Assembly (NCBI GenBank): GCA_001662655.1
Contig: KV460246.1
Length of the DNA: 64,000 nt
Source of the DNA: Pseudogymnoascus verrucosus
Taxonomy: Eukaryota
Strand: one strand, 5' to 3'
Of this stretch, positions 1 through 11,379 are shown one piece after another. The notes below the pieces were generated by a model. That model was not told where the DNA came from. It did no database searches and saw only the letters and a list, made by a program, of their open reading frames with translations. Every line of letters begins with the position of its first letter. Position 1 is the first letter of the stretch. Made by a program: the position numbers and the translations under genes.

Positions 1-307
1 CATCCTGCGATGGCCTGCGCACCGCCGATATATGGGGTGGGAATGTCGCCCTGCGTTTTCCAGTGCTTGCGGGTGATGAGGCCGTTTGGTCCATCGGAGC
101 AGGAGACTGCGGTGAGCGAGCGCGCGCGGTTGTCATAGCCATTATCGTAGGAGACTAGAGGCCACCAATATTTGTTAGAAAACCTTCTGTCTTGGTGCAA
201 TAACCTCCTGATAGAGAGTTGTGCTATATTTGAATCCAAGGCTTACCAGTTATGGCTGATATAACAGAGGCGAGGGCTGCAAGGCTAAGTATCTGGGATA
301 AATGCAT
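1..307 (-). CDS. Cerato-platanin family secreted protein (SnodProt1/Epl1-like); 3' end runs off the window
   Basis: ATG at 307, intron 246..155 (GTAAGC..CTAG). Spliced product [65 protein letters not shown] has a signal peptide and the cerato-platanin VSYD.GYD...V.CSDG.NGL motif. Confidence 0.9.
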
Positions 308-1791
308 AATGGCGATAGGGTTATGCTTTAACTTCTGTAGAAATATATATTAGGGGCGTTGTAGCGCTGTTGTATAACTTAAATGTTGGCTCAACGGCTG
401 CCTTTATAACCTATGGTTGAACTATGGTTGGTACCTTTTTTAGCCAACTTATAAATAAATAGAACATATAGTAGAAGATATAATATGATGTAATATATGT
501 AGATCTTACTAATTATAGTGTCATGTGGTTGCTAAACCCGTATAGCATGTCTTAACCTGTTTAGGTGAGACACCGTATACGAACGCTTCTGTGCATGCCA
601 CTAGATTCGGTGTGAATAATGTTGAGATCTTCGCTCCACTATAAGGTATTATTGGCGCAATGACAAGACAGTCCTCGTATCTCACCCCAGCTGACCCATA
701 TACTATAGCATCCTGCCACAGTTTCCGAACGAAACATCCCCCATGACATTCCTCTGCTTCTCGTATACTACACTTCAAAGAACTACCGACATATGTAGGC
801 AGTGAGCATCTAATCGAATGGATACGAGACGGAGGAACCTTGTCTACTACCTAAACAGCTGGAATCAACACTTGTAAGGCTAATCGAGAGCCACTCCCTC
901 ATATTCCCCTACCACGCATTCGTTCGCAAACATATTGACGAATGCAGGTCCAGCGGCACAACCGATGGTGGCTATATAAGGAAGGCAACCCTGGCCTATT
1001 TAGTGTCACCACCAAACTGACATGCTTAATCTTACTCACTCTGATCATCCCCCTGCCCACCCTCGCCTTACCCGAAGAATACCCTCACGGGGGTAAGCGG
1101 CTCAGATTCCACGTCATATTCACTGGCACGATTGAGACTATCGTCCAGGTGTTATGCAAGCTTGTGTATGGCAGAGCAGACGCGATGCCCAATTCTCTCG
1201 AGTCTATGGTCATAGAGGCTTGCAGGTCTCTACCATAGTAGGATATGAGTGATAGAGATGCGATGGTTACCACTATAGTCTCTAGCTTCGTTCCAACATA
1301 TATCCTAGGTGGTGGAGTGTAAGTGTCTATATCATAACGCCAAATTTATAACACAGACGTTGCTATAACCCAGACCAATCTCAACCCCAGAACCCAGCAT
1401 GGTACTGTAGTAGTTCGCCCTCGACCTCTAAATGTCACCGTCGTCCAGCAATAATCGCACCCCGCCTCGCCCCTGAGTAGCTGTGATTTCAGATTTTAGT
1501 CTTCCATTCATCCATTCATCTATCCGCCTGGCCATAATCAGGCGATCGTTGATACAGATAATGACGGGGTGAAGAGACATGACTGCGCGGTTGTGCAGGG
1601 CTGTAGTGAGATGCTTCCGAGAAGCATCACCTTGCGACAGTCCAAGGATCTCCTTGACGTTTCGGACTTGATCATAAGTCCATAAGTATCTAGGGGTTTG
1701 ATTTCCTGGAGTCCTCGACTTTTAATGCCGATGTGATAATTGGATTTTGACGCTTTCGCGATATTTGTGTTTTGCCAAGGGATCACTACAA

Positions 1792-3520
1792 TTATGCAAT
1801 GTCCACCACCTCGGCTGCCATTTTCCCTTGCAAAATCCTCGGAACTAGGGCCGTTAGATCTAATAACTCATGTAACTCAGATGGTTTTTGTACTTGATCA
1901 TCTTGGTTAGATTCGAAAATTGGGATGTCAAGCCATCGAAAAGGAGAGATGGGAAGATCTGATTCTGCCATTCGCCGCCGCAATGTTTCCAGAAGCGTGG
2001 AATTTGGTCCCCCAACATTTAAGAGTACATGCTCTAGTGAATGTAGGGCTTCCCGTGATCCCACCAGCATGCCATGAGTTTCAGTTGCCGAAGGTACGCA
2101 CAGGAGAACGTCTAAGAGCGAATCCGCCATCCGGAAGATCTTGAGCTCCTGCAATTCCTTAATTAGTGAGGGTCTTCAAGGCTGTATATAAATACGGGGC
2201 TAACTTACCATTCCATATCCATGGGCACGAATCGACGAATTCGACACCGTGGTAAAGACTGAAAGCATATCCTTAGCGATCGAGGCAGGAAGTAATGCGG
2301 AAAATGCGTCATCGTCAGCATGGCAAGACACGGGGAAGTTTACAATCGAATATTGCCAAAGGAGGGTTCGAATCCAGTTACGCGTGGCGAGTATATCCAC
2401 GTATTGCATCTCGTTGAGACTTCTTCTATCGGCTTTGAGCCGGAGATTGTGCTGAAAGGCAGAAACCTCGTTTTTCTGGTCTTCAGAAACAATCGCACCT
2501 TGGTGAGATAATGGATGCGTGATGAAGCGGCTTTTAAGATAGAGGAATAGGCGAGTGAGGGCGAGAAATGCCGGCAGTGGGGTGCTGTCGTAACGCGTAT
2601 CGAGATCAGGCGTAGGCAGTTCATCAATCACTTTTAATATGGCGGGTAAACCATTCTGTACGCAGAAAGTCCTAAAAGGCAAGTTAGCAACGCGCGAATA
2701 CGCCGAGCAAGAGGGCTGCCGACCTCTCCGAGATAAACAGAATCCAGTAAACACGGAGCCTTAGTTGGTGCTCACTGATAGCAGTAAGAGACGCAAATGT
2801 TTCTGGCCGATGCAGTTCGAGGCCGTGCGCGTAGGCAATTGCTTCTCGCAAGTAGAGCCCAGCTGTTTGTAGCTTGTTGGTATTGGCGAAATAGACGTGG
2901 ATGAAAAACGAGGTCAATAGCGACGCTATAGAATAATGGTCGCGATAGTCGAAAAGAATTCTCAATCGCTCAGACTCAATCTGAAAGTGGCGCGAGGAGA
3001 TGGGAAGGAACGACGCGGCATGCTCAGGCAACCGGAGCTGGGAGATGACGGCGGCACACAGCGCACCAGCCAACGCATACGCTTCGAAATCTTGGTTGTC
3101 AGCTCTCAGGCGTGAGATGAGATCGTCATAAGATACGATAGGCCAGACTGGGTAGAGACGGTGACGGAAGATTTCCAAGAACTCGAGGTAGGAACTAAGG
3201 GGGATGTGATGCAAGCAGGGTGCTGGTGGTGGAGCGAGCGGTTGTGTGGGCAGATCCGGGCAAGCATCTGCAAGTTGCTTATGGGTCAACGTCGACGTGT
3301 GGTGTAGATCACGACTAGGCGGATTAGCCTTCTCGAGATCTTTCTGAAATGTCTTGATCCTGCAGCCGGTGGCTAGTCGAGGACCTTTCGGGCCCCTCTT
3401 TTTGGGGATGCGCAGAAAAGTGCAGGTCAGGGAGCGTCGCTGGCACTCGGCACATGGGTGTCCACCACGGCATCGTACACGTCGCAGAGCGCAACCGTCA
3501 CAGGGAGTTATGGATCTCAT
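1792..3520 (-). CDS. Zn(II)2Cys6 transcription factor, MalR/AmyR-like sugar regulator (3 exons)
   Basis: CDGCALRRVRCRGGHPCAECQRRSLTC binuclear cluster followed by KKRGPKG; fungal TF middle region (RLRVYWILFISER). ORFs 2684..3532, 2200..2754 and 1792..2154 join through two GT..AG introns. Confidence 0.85.
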
Positions 3521-4127
3521 CGGGGTGTGCACACAGGCAACGCAGGTTGAAGAAGAGTGAAAAGAGGGAGAAGAAGAGGCGGCAGTTGATTCCTCCAGAG
3601 TAACTTACTGTACAGTGCAGCACTACCAAGTGTGGGGATGCGGGGATTCGGGGATTCCACCAGGGACGAGGGGGAAACACTAGAGCACCATCAACCGCGT
3701 GCTACCCTAGTACGCGCCTCGGTACTCAAGTATGAGTACCACCGAAAAGTCTGTCGCTTGGCTCGGACGTGCGCATAAACTCACTCAGTCCAGCTTCAGG
3801 ATAGGTATGGTTGGCTTGGATCGTTCATAACTATTCATAACTGCCTTCGGCCTTCTGCGCACGTGCTTGGCGACAGACTTTTAAGCTGCACGGGACTCGA
3901 GTAGAACTTTACTCCGGTTTCCCCCCAGAACCGCTGGGCAGGTGGGACATTCTAGCTAAGAGGGAGGGTTACCAACTCGCTGGACACTTGTTTTACCACA
4001 GGTAATTAACTGAAAATTCTTCAATATGTAAGGCACGCGGTTCTGTGCGTATAGGATAAGTTATCAACTAAGTTACAAAGTTCCTTGGAGATGTCACCGC
4101 ATTTCACTCCCATCCATGATAATGTGT

Positions 4128-5876
4128 TCACACTTTCTCGCTCGTTACCGGTACCGCATCTGCCACTCGTGCATCCTCCTCTTCCCCTTTCATATTTCCC
4201 CTTGCAAACACGTCTACCTGCACCTTGCGGAAATTGCGAGCGCTGACGCCATCTTCGAAGAGTATATCTAATTCCGCGGCCGACAGGCCCTTGGGCTCAG
4301 GAAGGCGGAAATAGGACCAGATCAGTGCAGACAAACAGAACCCGCACCAGACGAAGCCGCCCTTTCCACGTAGGTTCCATGCACTTGGGTTGAGAATGGG
4401 TGGGTTGAGGAAGTTGGCCACGATGCTCGCAATATTATAGGCATTGCGAGCAAGGACAACACTCTTGATTCGCAGCCGTGTCGATGGAATCTCGGAAACT
4501 AAACAGTAACAAACCGGTCCCACTGTCATACCGTAGGTAGCAACAAAAACCAGCATAAAGCCGCCCGAAGTCCATCCGATCCAGGGTTGAGGGGCCGGGA
4601 TCCCCAGGATGCCGACAATCACGAGGATGGTGAACATAACACTCAATCCGACGAGGTATAATGTGCGTCGACCAATACGCGGCATGATAAACCAAGATGC
4701 AATTGTCCCAGCTAGAGCAATGCCATTAGTGCCGAGACCGAAGTCGAACGACTTGTCGGGGTTGAAGCCGGCCTGTTGCAAGAAGTATGTTATGTTGCCA
4801 CCGAACCAGATACCACATAATACCTGCGTCATCCAGACGACGCTGGCAATTTCAGTCCGGCGGAGATTGGGTCCACGGAGACAATCGAGATACGACGTGC
4901 CTTCTTGGAGCTGCATTTCTAGCTCGTTCGTGTGCGCGATCATGGCCACGGTCTGAGAGATTTCCTCATCGTCAACCTCAGAGCTAGTCAGACCACGCAG
5001 TGCCTTTCGAGCTTCTTCGAGTCGCCCTTTCTTGACCAGCCATGTGGGACTCTCGGGTGCAAACAGCACGCCGAGTATGATTGGAGGTGGGAACGCCCAT
5101 TGTATGGCATACGGTATGCGCCATGCCCAGTCGTCGGAGCGGTGCAGGAGAGCTCGAAGAGTGCCAGTGCTGATCAACTGACCAATTACCCAGCACATGT
5201 TGACATAGGTGGTTAAGATGGGTCGCAGTTGGATCGGAGCCACATCAGCGGCATAGGTGGTCGTGAGGATCTGGAATGCTCCCCAAGGCAAGCCGCAGAG
5301 AACTCCTCCTGCGAACAGCATGGCGATGTTCTGTGCAAAGAAGAATATGAATATGAAGGCGATTGTGAGGAAGAGCGCCCCGATAATGGTTTTCTTGTAG
5401 CCAAAACGATCCGCCAGAATACCTGCGATCATCAGGCCACAAATCTGACCGACCTGCGTTCCATTTTGGAGCCCTGACATCCAGCTCGCCGTCACCTGGT
5501 AATCGCCATTGGCAAGCTCAACTCCAAACCTCTTTCGAAATTGCGGGAGAGCGAAAAAGCTGCCAATAAGAGACGTGTCATAGCCTTCCATGATAATGCA
5601 TAGGGATAGAATCATGGAGTAGGCGATCGCCTTGGGGTATTTCCTGACGGCCTCCATAATGCTCATATTCTTTTGCATAGTGTCCGCTACCTCTGCGTCG
5701 AGCGCCAGGTCGCGAAGCAAGGAGACACCGGGCACTGATTTATGAGGTCCACCATCTTTAGTCGTCGTCGAGACCGGCTGTTCTGGTGACATGTTGTTCG
5801 GAGAGGTTGAGACTACAGGCGAAGAGTATTCTTGATGCTCTGCACCTGTGTCTGGTTTAGAGTCTTTCGAATCCAT
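4128..5876 (-). CDS. MFS alpha-glucoside/maltose:H+ symporter (MAL31/MalP-like)
   Basis: 582-aa intronless ORF with IIMEGYDT, GLPWGAFQ, TTYVNMCW, WRIPYAIQW, PESP, RRTEI, SEIPSTRLR and RLPEPKG motifs typical of maltose permeases. Confidence 0.93.
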   Translation of the reverse strand: MDSKDSKPDTGAEHQEYSSPVVSTSPNNMSPEQPVSTTTKDGGPHKSVPGVSLLRDLALDAEVADTMQKNMSIMEAVRKYPKAIAYSMILSLCIIMEGYDTSLIGSFFALPQFRKRFGVELANGDYQVTASWMSGLQNGTQVGQICGLMIAGILADRFGYKKTIIGALFLTIAFIFIFFFAQNIAMLFAGGVLCGLPWGAFQILTTTYAADVAPIQLRPILTTYVNMCWVIGQLISTGTLRALLHRSDDWAWRIPYAIQWAFPPPIILGVLFAPESPTWLVKKGRLEEARKALRGLTSSEVDDEEISQTVAMIAHTNELEMQLQEGTSYLDCLRGPNLRRTEIASVVWMTQVLCGIWFGGNITYFLQQAGFNPDKSFDFGLGTNGIALAGTIASWFIMPRIGRRTLYLVGLSVMFTILVIVGILGIPAPQPWIGWTSGGFMLVFVATYGMTVGPVCYCLVSEIPSTRLRIKSVVLARNAYNIASIVANFLNPPILNPSAWNLRGKGGFVWCGFCLSALIWSYFRLPEPKGLSAAELDILFEDGVSARNFRKVQVDVFARGNMKGEEEDARVADAVPVTSEKV

Positions 5877-7545
5877 GACGGTTGTATGTTACCCCAAGGA
5901 AAATGATAGGAGTGAAAGGTATTGAACAGTTGAATCATGTTGACTGGGCAGACCATGAGTTTATATAGATATGCCACTTTGTGATAATTTTGCCATTCAA
6001 GTCGTGGAATTTCTTCCCCCTGTAAGTTATGTCAAGGTAACTTAAGTTAGTTTACGACTTGGGGCAGACTCCAGATCCTCCAACTTCCCCTTTGACCTGT
6101 CGTGGGGAAGTGGGGCACCACGCTGTTGGCATGGTCTTAAGGTTAGTCTGGGGATTTCTCCGAGCTCGGGGGGTCTACTCCACCATTAGTTGATAAACTC
6201 CAGCCCAAGTACACTAGTCCAAGACCTAAGTTAGCGTTGCCAATGATGAGAGTTGCCAAATAATTTCGGCAGTACGTTACAGATTTAGGGCTACGGCTTT
6301 GAAATTTTAGCGAATATTTTCGGCGAGGCATTCTAGCTCCACCTGGTACTTGTAAACCGGATATTCAAGCCAGTATACTACATTAGCACTCACACGAGCC
6401 CAAACTCAGATTCACATGCCTCCTGAAACGGACCGAATCAACGGCCGTGCCCCAGGCTTATGCTAGAGCAAGCACTAGACAAGCCAACTACGTGCAAACT
6501 ATCGGCGGGGTAGGGTTCCCTGTTACTTGCCTCGTGGACATCCATCCTGGCTCGGTATGACGCCGAGAGTAAAATTGGTCTTGGCTGTTAACTTAAGTCC
6601 AGAACCAATACCAAGAGTGACTAGTATTCCCAATTTTTTCGATATTTCGCTCTTTCTAACCGCCAGATTGTAGCCATGCCATATTGTGCGTAGGATGTGT
6701 TTGGTCTGCAACATCGAACTACAGGGGCCCCTTGAAATAGTTCATCACAGGGGGTGGTGATTTGATGTAGGGTCTACTGCTGTGAGGCTGTGCTGGTAGG
6801 TTCTGTAGAATAGGAAATGATAATTTCGCCATCATCACGAGTAGGGTCTATTTGTATGCATCTTTTGTTAATATATCACCTGTAATTACTCTACGTACTA
6901 CGGAGTTCTACTCCTGAGCTGGTCTAGAGGTTATTCTCGGGCACGGAGTGAGAAATCTACAACTTTTCACTTATTCGTAGGTCCGTAATGAGCGGTTTTT
7001 GTCACTCTGTGAGACTTGATTGAGCTTCCCATGCAGGCTTGCCACTAATTTACTCGTTCGCCTTTGCAGCCATGACGGCTACTTTGCTCTAAGCCAGAAA
7101 GACTTATAGTTTGCAAAAACAAAAAGGATTTCTCATAATATATAGAGCATAAAACAAGGCCTCGTTGGACATGATAGCTAACGTATGGAGGATTCTATCA
7201 TAAACCCATGGATCTTTCCGGATTCTCTCAGGTCCTCTTGTTCTTGAGATATCGTCCTGAGCTTACACCCGAGAACTGAGTTAATTCAACACATACATCG
7301 TCACATCTCCATTATCCATGAAGTGAACTCCTCTCGAATATAACAATCATGCATATCATGTCATACATGACCAATTTGCTTCATTAGATCTAAATACGAC
7401 AAGAATTTTGTTCCTCCTTCTATAGTGAATAACTCATGTGAGTATCCTTCGTAATGCCAACTTGAATTAAAGTGAAATGGATTCCGAAACACCGACCATA
7501 GCCATAGATAGATCAGAGACTACTTGTTCCAGGCACCAGACAGAA

Positions 7546-9960
7546 TCAAGCGCTTCGGCTGTCCGAGCACATCAACTCTGCTATGGGCCCGGTCAAGGCT
7601 TCATCAATACCTATGCTCAAAAGTCCTCCTATCTTGACAGTGGCAGGGCGGTCAGGTTGGCCGACGAGAGCCCATATTCTGTCTTTAATCTCAAACTCCG
7701 TTTGGTAATTCCGAAGCAGGTCACTGATACGGCTGGAATGATCCAGCACACTCAGTTGTGGAGAGGGACCCATGTCGATAATCAACTCGTTCTCGCCGTC
7801 GGCGAGTGGTTGGAATGTCACAACCATACTTGGGACGAGAGGATAGTTCTCGACCATGATATCTGCATCACTTATGTCGGAACCATTGACGGTGACCTTC
7901 AAAGATGAGGGTATCTCGGTCATCGAGAGAAACCTAAAGGACCATGCACCTCCCTTGATGGTTGCCTTAAGCTGCCCAGAATCCTGCTTATACTGAATTT
8001 TGGCAGTGCGCGGTTCTTGGTCAACTATCCCGGTTTCTGGCTTCACGATATCATCTCGAGCGTCCTCAATAATAGTGAACTCGCCGTCTCGACCAACAAC
8101 CACGAGGACCTCGAAATTTTCGGGGTTTCCACATCCGTTATCAGGCACGAGCTTCCCATCTAGGGGGATGATGGCACCTTCGGGGGCCAAGACAGGTATT
8201 TGTTCTAGAGAACGATACATGTTGAGCTCTCTATCGCCATCATAGACAATGCCAGTGAAAATATCGACATGTCTATGAGGAGGGATCCAGCCCTTGACCA
8301 TGCCTTGGCCCGTTCTTCTGTCCCGCGGCTTAACAATTGGTGCCACAATCAGATGTGGACCAAAATAATATTGGTTGGGGACCTCGTAGGCAACGTCTCG
8401 TGAAGGGAAGCTCCAGTACATAGGTTGAATTAATGGTTGGTGAGAAGCGGCGGTTTCAGCGTTCACTGTGTATAGATAAGGCACGAGGCGGTGACGGAAC
8501 TGCATGAAGTGCTGAATGATGGTTTCGCTTTCCTTGTGGTACGACCACGGCTCCTTCGATGTCCAGGGGCTGTTCGAGGAATGGAGTCGTAGAATCGGCG
8601 AAAATGCCCCAAACTGAACCCACCGAGTGACCAATTCGTCATCTCGCTCGCCCTTCATATGTCCACCTAAATCGTGGCTCCACCAGCCGTACCCTATGTT
8701 CGAGGCAGTGGCAGTAAATTCTGGCTGAAACTCGAAAGTCGCCCAGCTAGTAATGGTGTCCCCAGAAAATCCTACTGGGTACCTGTGGCTTCCAGGGCCA
8801 GCGTAGCGGGAAAATATCAGAGGTTGATCTATAGTCTTCGTGTGCGCACTGTCAAGGAAATGAAAATGGTTCAACAACCAGAGGGGATCAAGTCCTGGTA
8901 CGCGGGAGCTAGCTCCTTGTTGCCAGTCGATCCACCAGAAATCGCAGGCGATATTTTCAATGCCCCGATGGAGTATGTTCAGGTAGGCGTCCATGAATTT
9001 GGGACATGTGGAGTTGAACAAGATTGGAGCTTTCTTCGAGGTATCGTGATTCAAAGCGAGTGCCATTTCTTCGTAGAGGTCCTCGTGGTGATGCACGCCA
9101 GCATGCGGGTGATCGTTCAACGTAATCTTGAGTTTACGGTTGTGTAATGCTTTGCCAAATTCGGATGGGTCTGGGAAAAGGGTTTTATTCCAAGTGTATC
9201 CCGTCCATCCGGTATGAGGAACTCGTTCATCATCAACAAGATGCCAGTCCATGTCAATCACAGCTACCGAGAGAGGAATTCCTCGATTGGTGAATTTGTC
9301 CATCAAACTGATATACTCATCTGCGCTGTACGCATGGTAGCGACTCCACCAATTCCCGAGCGCCCATCTTGGCAGCTGGGGTTGGTCACCAGAGATGGCA
9401 TAGAAGGATCTCATGGCTCCCTTGAAATCGTGGCCGTAGTAGAACAAATACCCATCAATGCGATCACCCGGCTGCCGAGTTGCAACAAAACCTTTTCCAT
9501 CGAAGAGCATGGAGTTGCTGTCATCCAAGCTAGCAAAACCTGACCTTGAGATAATTCCCGCACCTAGGTCGCATCGGCCATCTACCTCATCTAATGTTCG
9601 TGCTGTACCGCCGAGATTGTTCTCAGGGTCACTGCCGTACCTCCACTCCGATCCCCACAGTGTGACTTTGCTGTTGAAGGTGACCATGAGGCCGCTGGGA
9701 CTAAATCGTTGTTTGTCGTAAGTGAGATGAAACGAAGGCGTGATAATATCCAGCTGATCATCCACATCTCGAATCTCATGATTGGGTACCGGAAACCTTC
9801 TATTCATGGCAAAGGTTGAGGCGCGGTCCTCGAATTGGCCGTCGGAGGACCATTCATAGCGAATCACATTGCCACCCAGAAGTGTAAAGCGATAGTTTGC
9901 CTCGGCCACCACAGCATCCGGACTGGCCAGTGGTTCGCATGGAAATGCGTATTTGTCCAT
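7546..9960 (-). CDS. Glycoside hydrolase family 31, GH31_u1-like alpha-glucosidase (intracellular, intronless)
   Basis: About 804 aa from MDKYAFP. Motifs LGGTARTLD, GNWWSRY, VIDMDWH, DFWWIDWQQG (nucleophile region), HRYPVGFSGD (acid/base), WWSHDLGGH, FSPILRLH. No signal peptide. Confidence 0.9.
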   Translation of the reverse strand: MDKYAFPCEPLASPDAVVAEANYRFTLLGGNVIRYEWSSDGQFEDRASTFAMNRRFPVPNHEIRDVDDQLDIITPSFHLTYDKQRFSPSGLMVTFNSKVTLWGSEWRYGSDPENNLGGTARTLDEVDGRCDLGAGIISRSGFASLDDSNSMLFDGKGFVATRQPGDRIDGYLFYYGHDFKGAMRSFYAISGDQPQLPRWALGNWWSRYHAYSADEYISLMDKFTNRGIPLSVAVIDMDWHLVDDERVPHTGWTGYTWNKTLFPDPSEFGKALHNRKLKITLNDHPHAGVHHHEDLYEEMALALNHDTSKKAPILFNSTCPKFMDAYLNILHRGIENIACDFWWIDWQQGASSRVPGLDPLWLLNHFHFLDSAHTKTIDQPLIFSRYAGPGSHRYPVGFSGDTITSWATFEFQPEFTATASNIGYGWWSHDLGGHMKGERDDELVTRWVQFGAFSPILRLHSSNSPWTSKEPWSYHKESETIIQHFMQFRHRLVPYLYTVNAETAASHQPLIQPMYWSFPSRDVAYEVPNQYYFGPHLIVAPIVKPRDRRTGQGMVKGWIPPHRHVDIFTGIVYDGDRELNMYRSLEQIPVLAPEGAIIPLDGKLVPDNGCGNPENFEVLVVVGRDGEFTIIEDARDDIVKPETGIVDQEPRTAKIQYKQDSGQLKATIKGGAWSFRFLSMTEIPSSLKVTVNGSDISDADIMVENYPLVPSMVVTFQPLADGENELIIDMGPSPQLSVLDHSSRISDLLRNYQTEFEIKDRIWALVGQPDRPATVKIGGLLSIGIDEALTGPIAELMCSDSRSA

Positions 9961-11379
9961 GTTGATTGAGTTAAAGCAATTCCTTCTGGTCAACGCAATT
10001 CGGAATCGTAGTTGGGGTGTTGATTATATAGTGTCGAAACAAAGAATGTAACCCGGAAGGGTTTTTCGTGGTACTTCAGACATCCTCTGTCCACCCCACC
10101 ATGTTTAGCAACATTATTCTGGTGTTGGGCAACCAAAAAGCCTGTGGATGGAGAATGATACATCCTTGGCCATAATTTACTGGAGTTAGTGACAAGCACT
10201 AGACAAATAGGTCGTAGATCTTATTCCAAGCTTAGTAGCGCTCGATATGGGGCTCCACTAGTAAAGCTAGAAAGGAGGGTCGGCAGCCTGGCGAAAGTGG
10301 AGGTCAATAGTCCGATGTGGTCGCGTAAATTATTCGTGAGAATTGTTCGCAAGAATTGTTCGCCTTTGTTGCAGACCCAGATACTAAGTTATGCGTATAC
10401 CTAAATTGTTCGCTTGGTCCGATTCAAACGCAGCCCGCCTAGCTGATTTTTCGCAAGTAGTGTGGGGTGTAGTTCTGGTATTTTTATACAGTAAAGCTGC
10501 CTAAGTTCGCCCATGCTTTGTCGATCCGGACGCCTGGCGTAGGATAAAATTAAGGTTAAATTTCTCGCATCAACTCTGTCTTCCTGAAATCCCCCAAGCC
10601 GCAAGCGTCCAATTAGGGGCTTCATTTCACTAGACAAGGACTTGCTTACGCTATACCCAAACTAAGAACGTATTCGTTCAAATGTGGCATTGCGGGGATA
10701 GAAGACTTAGGACGGAGCTATGAGAAATACTTTCGAGCAGCGTTCACCCGAACTGGAAACGCCAAGTATGGCCTTGGATTACGGTATAAATCTTAGGCCT
10801 GTTTTCGGGGTTAGTGAGCAGTCAGTGGGAAACAAACACGCGCGTAGTGGCTACATATTAGTCTTGTGGGACAGCTGCTTCCCTCGTAGTGACTAAAGGA
10901 ACTACTCGAGTATATGGCTGTAAAAGCCTGCCGTATCCCACGGGAATGTCGGTTTCCCCCAACAGTGAAGATTGGAAGGCGCGGCTCACGTGCTTCCCTC
11001 TGGGCACAGAGTGAGAACTCCACACTTCCTCTGTGGCAGGAGGTGGGATTGTCCTTCTGTGAGGTGCTGGAGGATGAAGGCTGGCTGTTGACCTCAGACA
11101 TGATCATACAAGAAGAGTTTTACCATCTACAGGTCGCCTCGAGCGCCATTTAGAGTGCGAGAAGCGCAGGCGTTGCCATTCATACCGTTAGCTTGTTGGA
11201 CTTCGAGCTTCTATACTACCATTCCTAGGAACAACCTAATCTAGGCCCTCTATCGGAATCTCTAAGACAGCTGCTAGGGAACATCAAGGTCCTACGTCGT
11301 CGAACAACGAGATGCTGACTTCAGAGATCGCTATTTTAAAACCCTTCAGTAACTCTTTAGCAATTATCCTGAGACATCC

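Noticed and set aside
942..1300. TATA box followed by a signal-peptide-like stretch (LILLTLIIPLPTLALP)
   Set aside because: The nearby ATG (1023) is out of frame with the hydrophobic stretch and no family is recognisable; at most a degenerate gene.
10914..11310. Coding-like sequence (LWQEVGLSFCEVLEDEG...) interrupted by stops
   Set aside because: Possibly a gene relic, but I cannot assign a family or boundaries.
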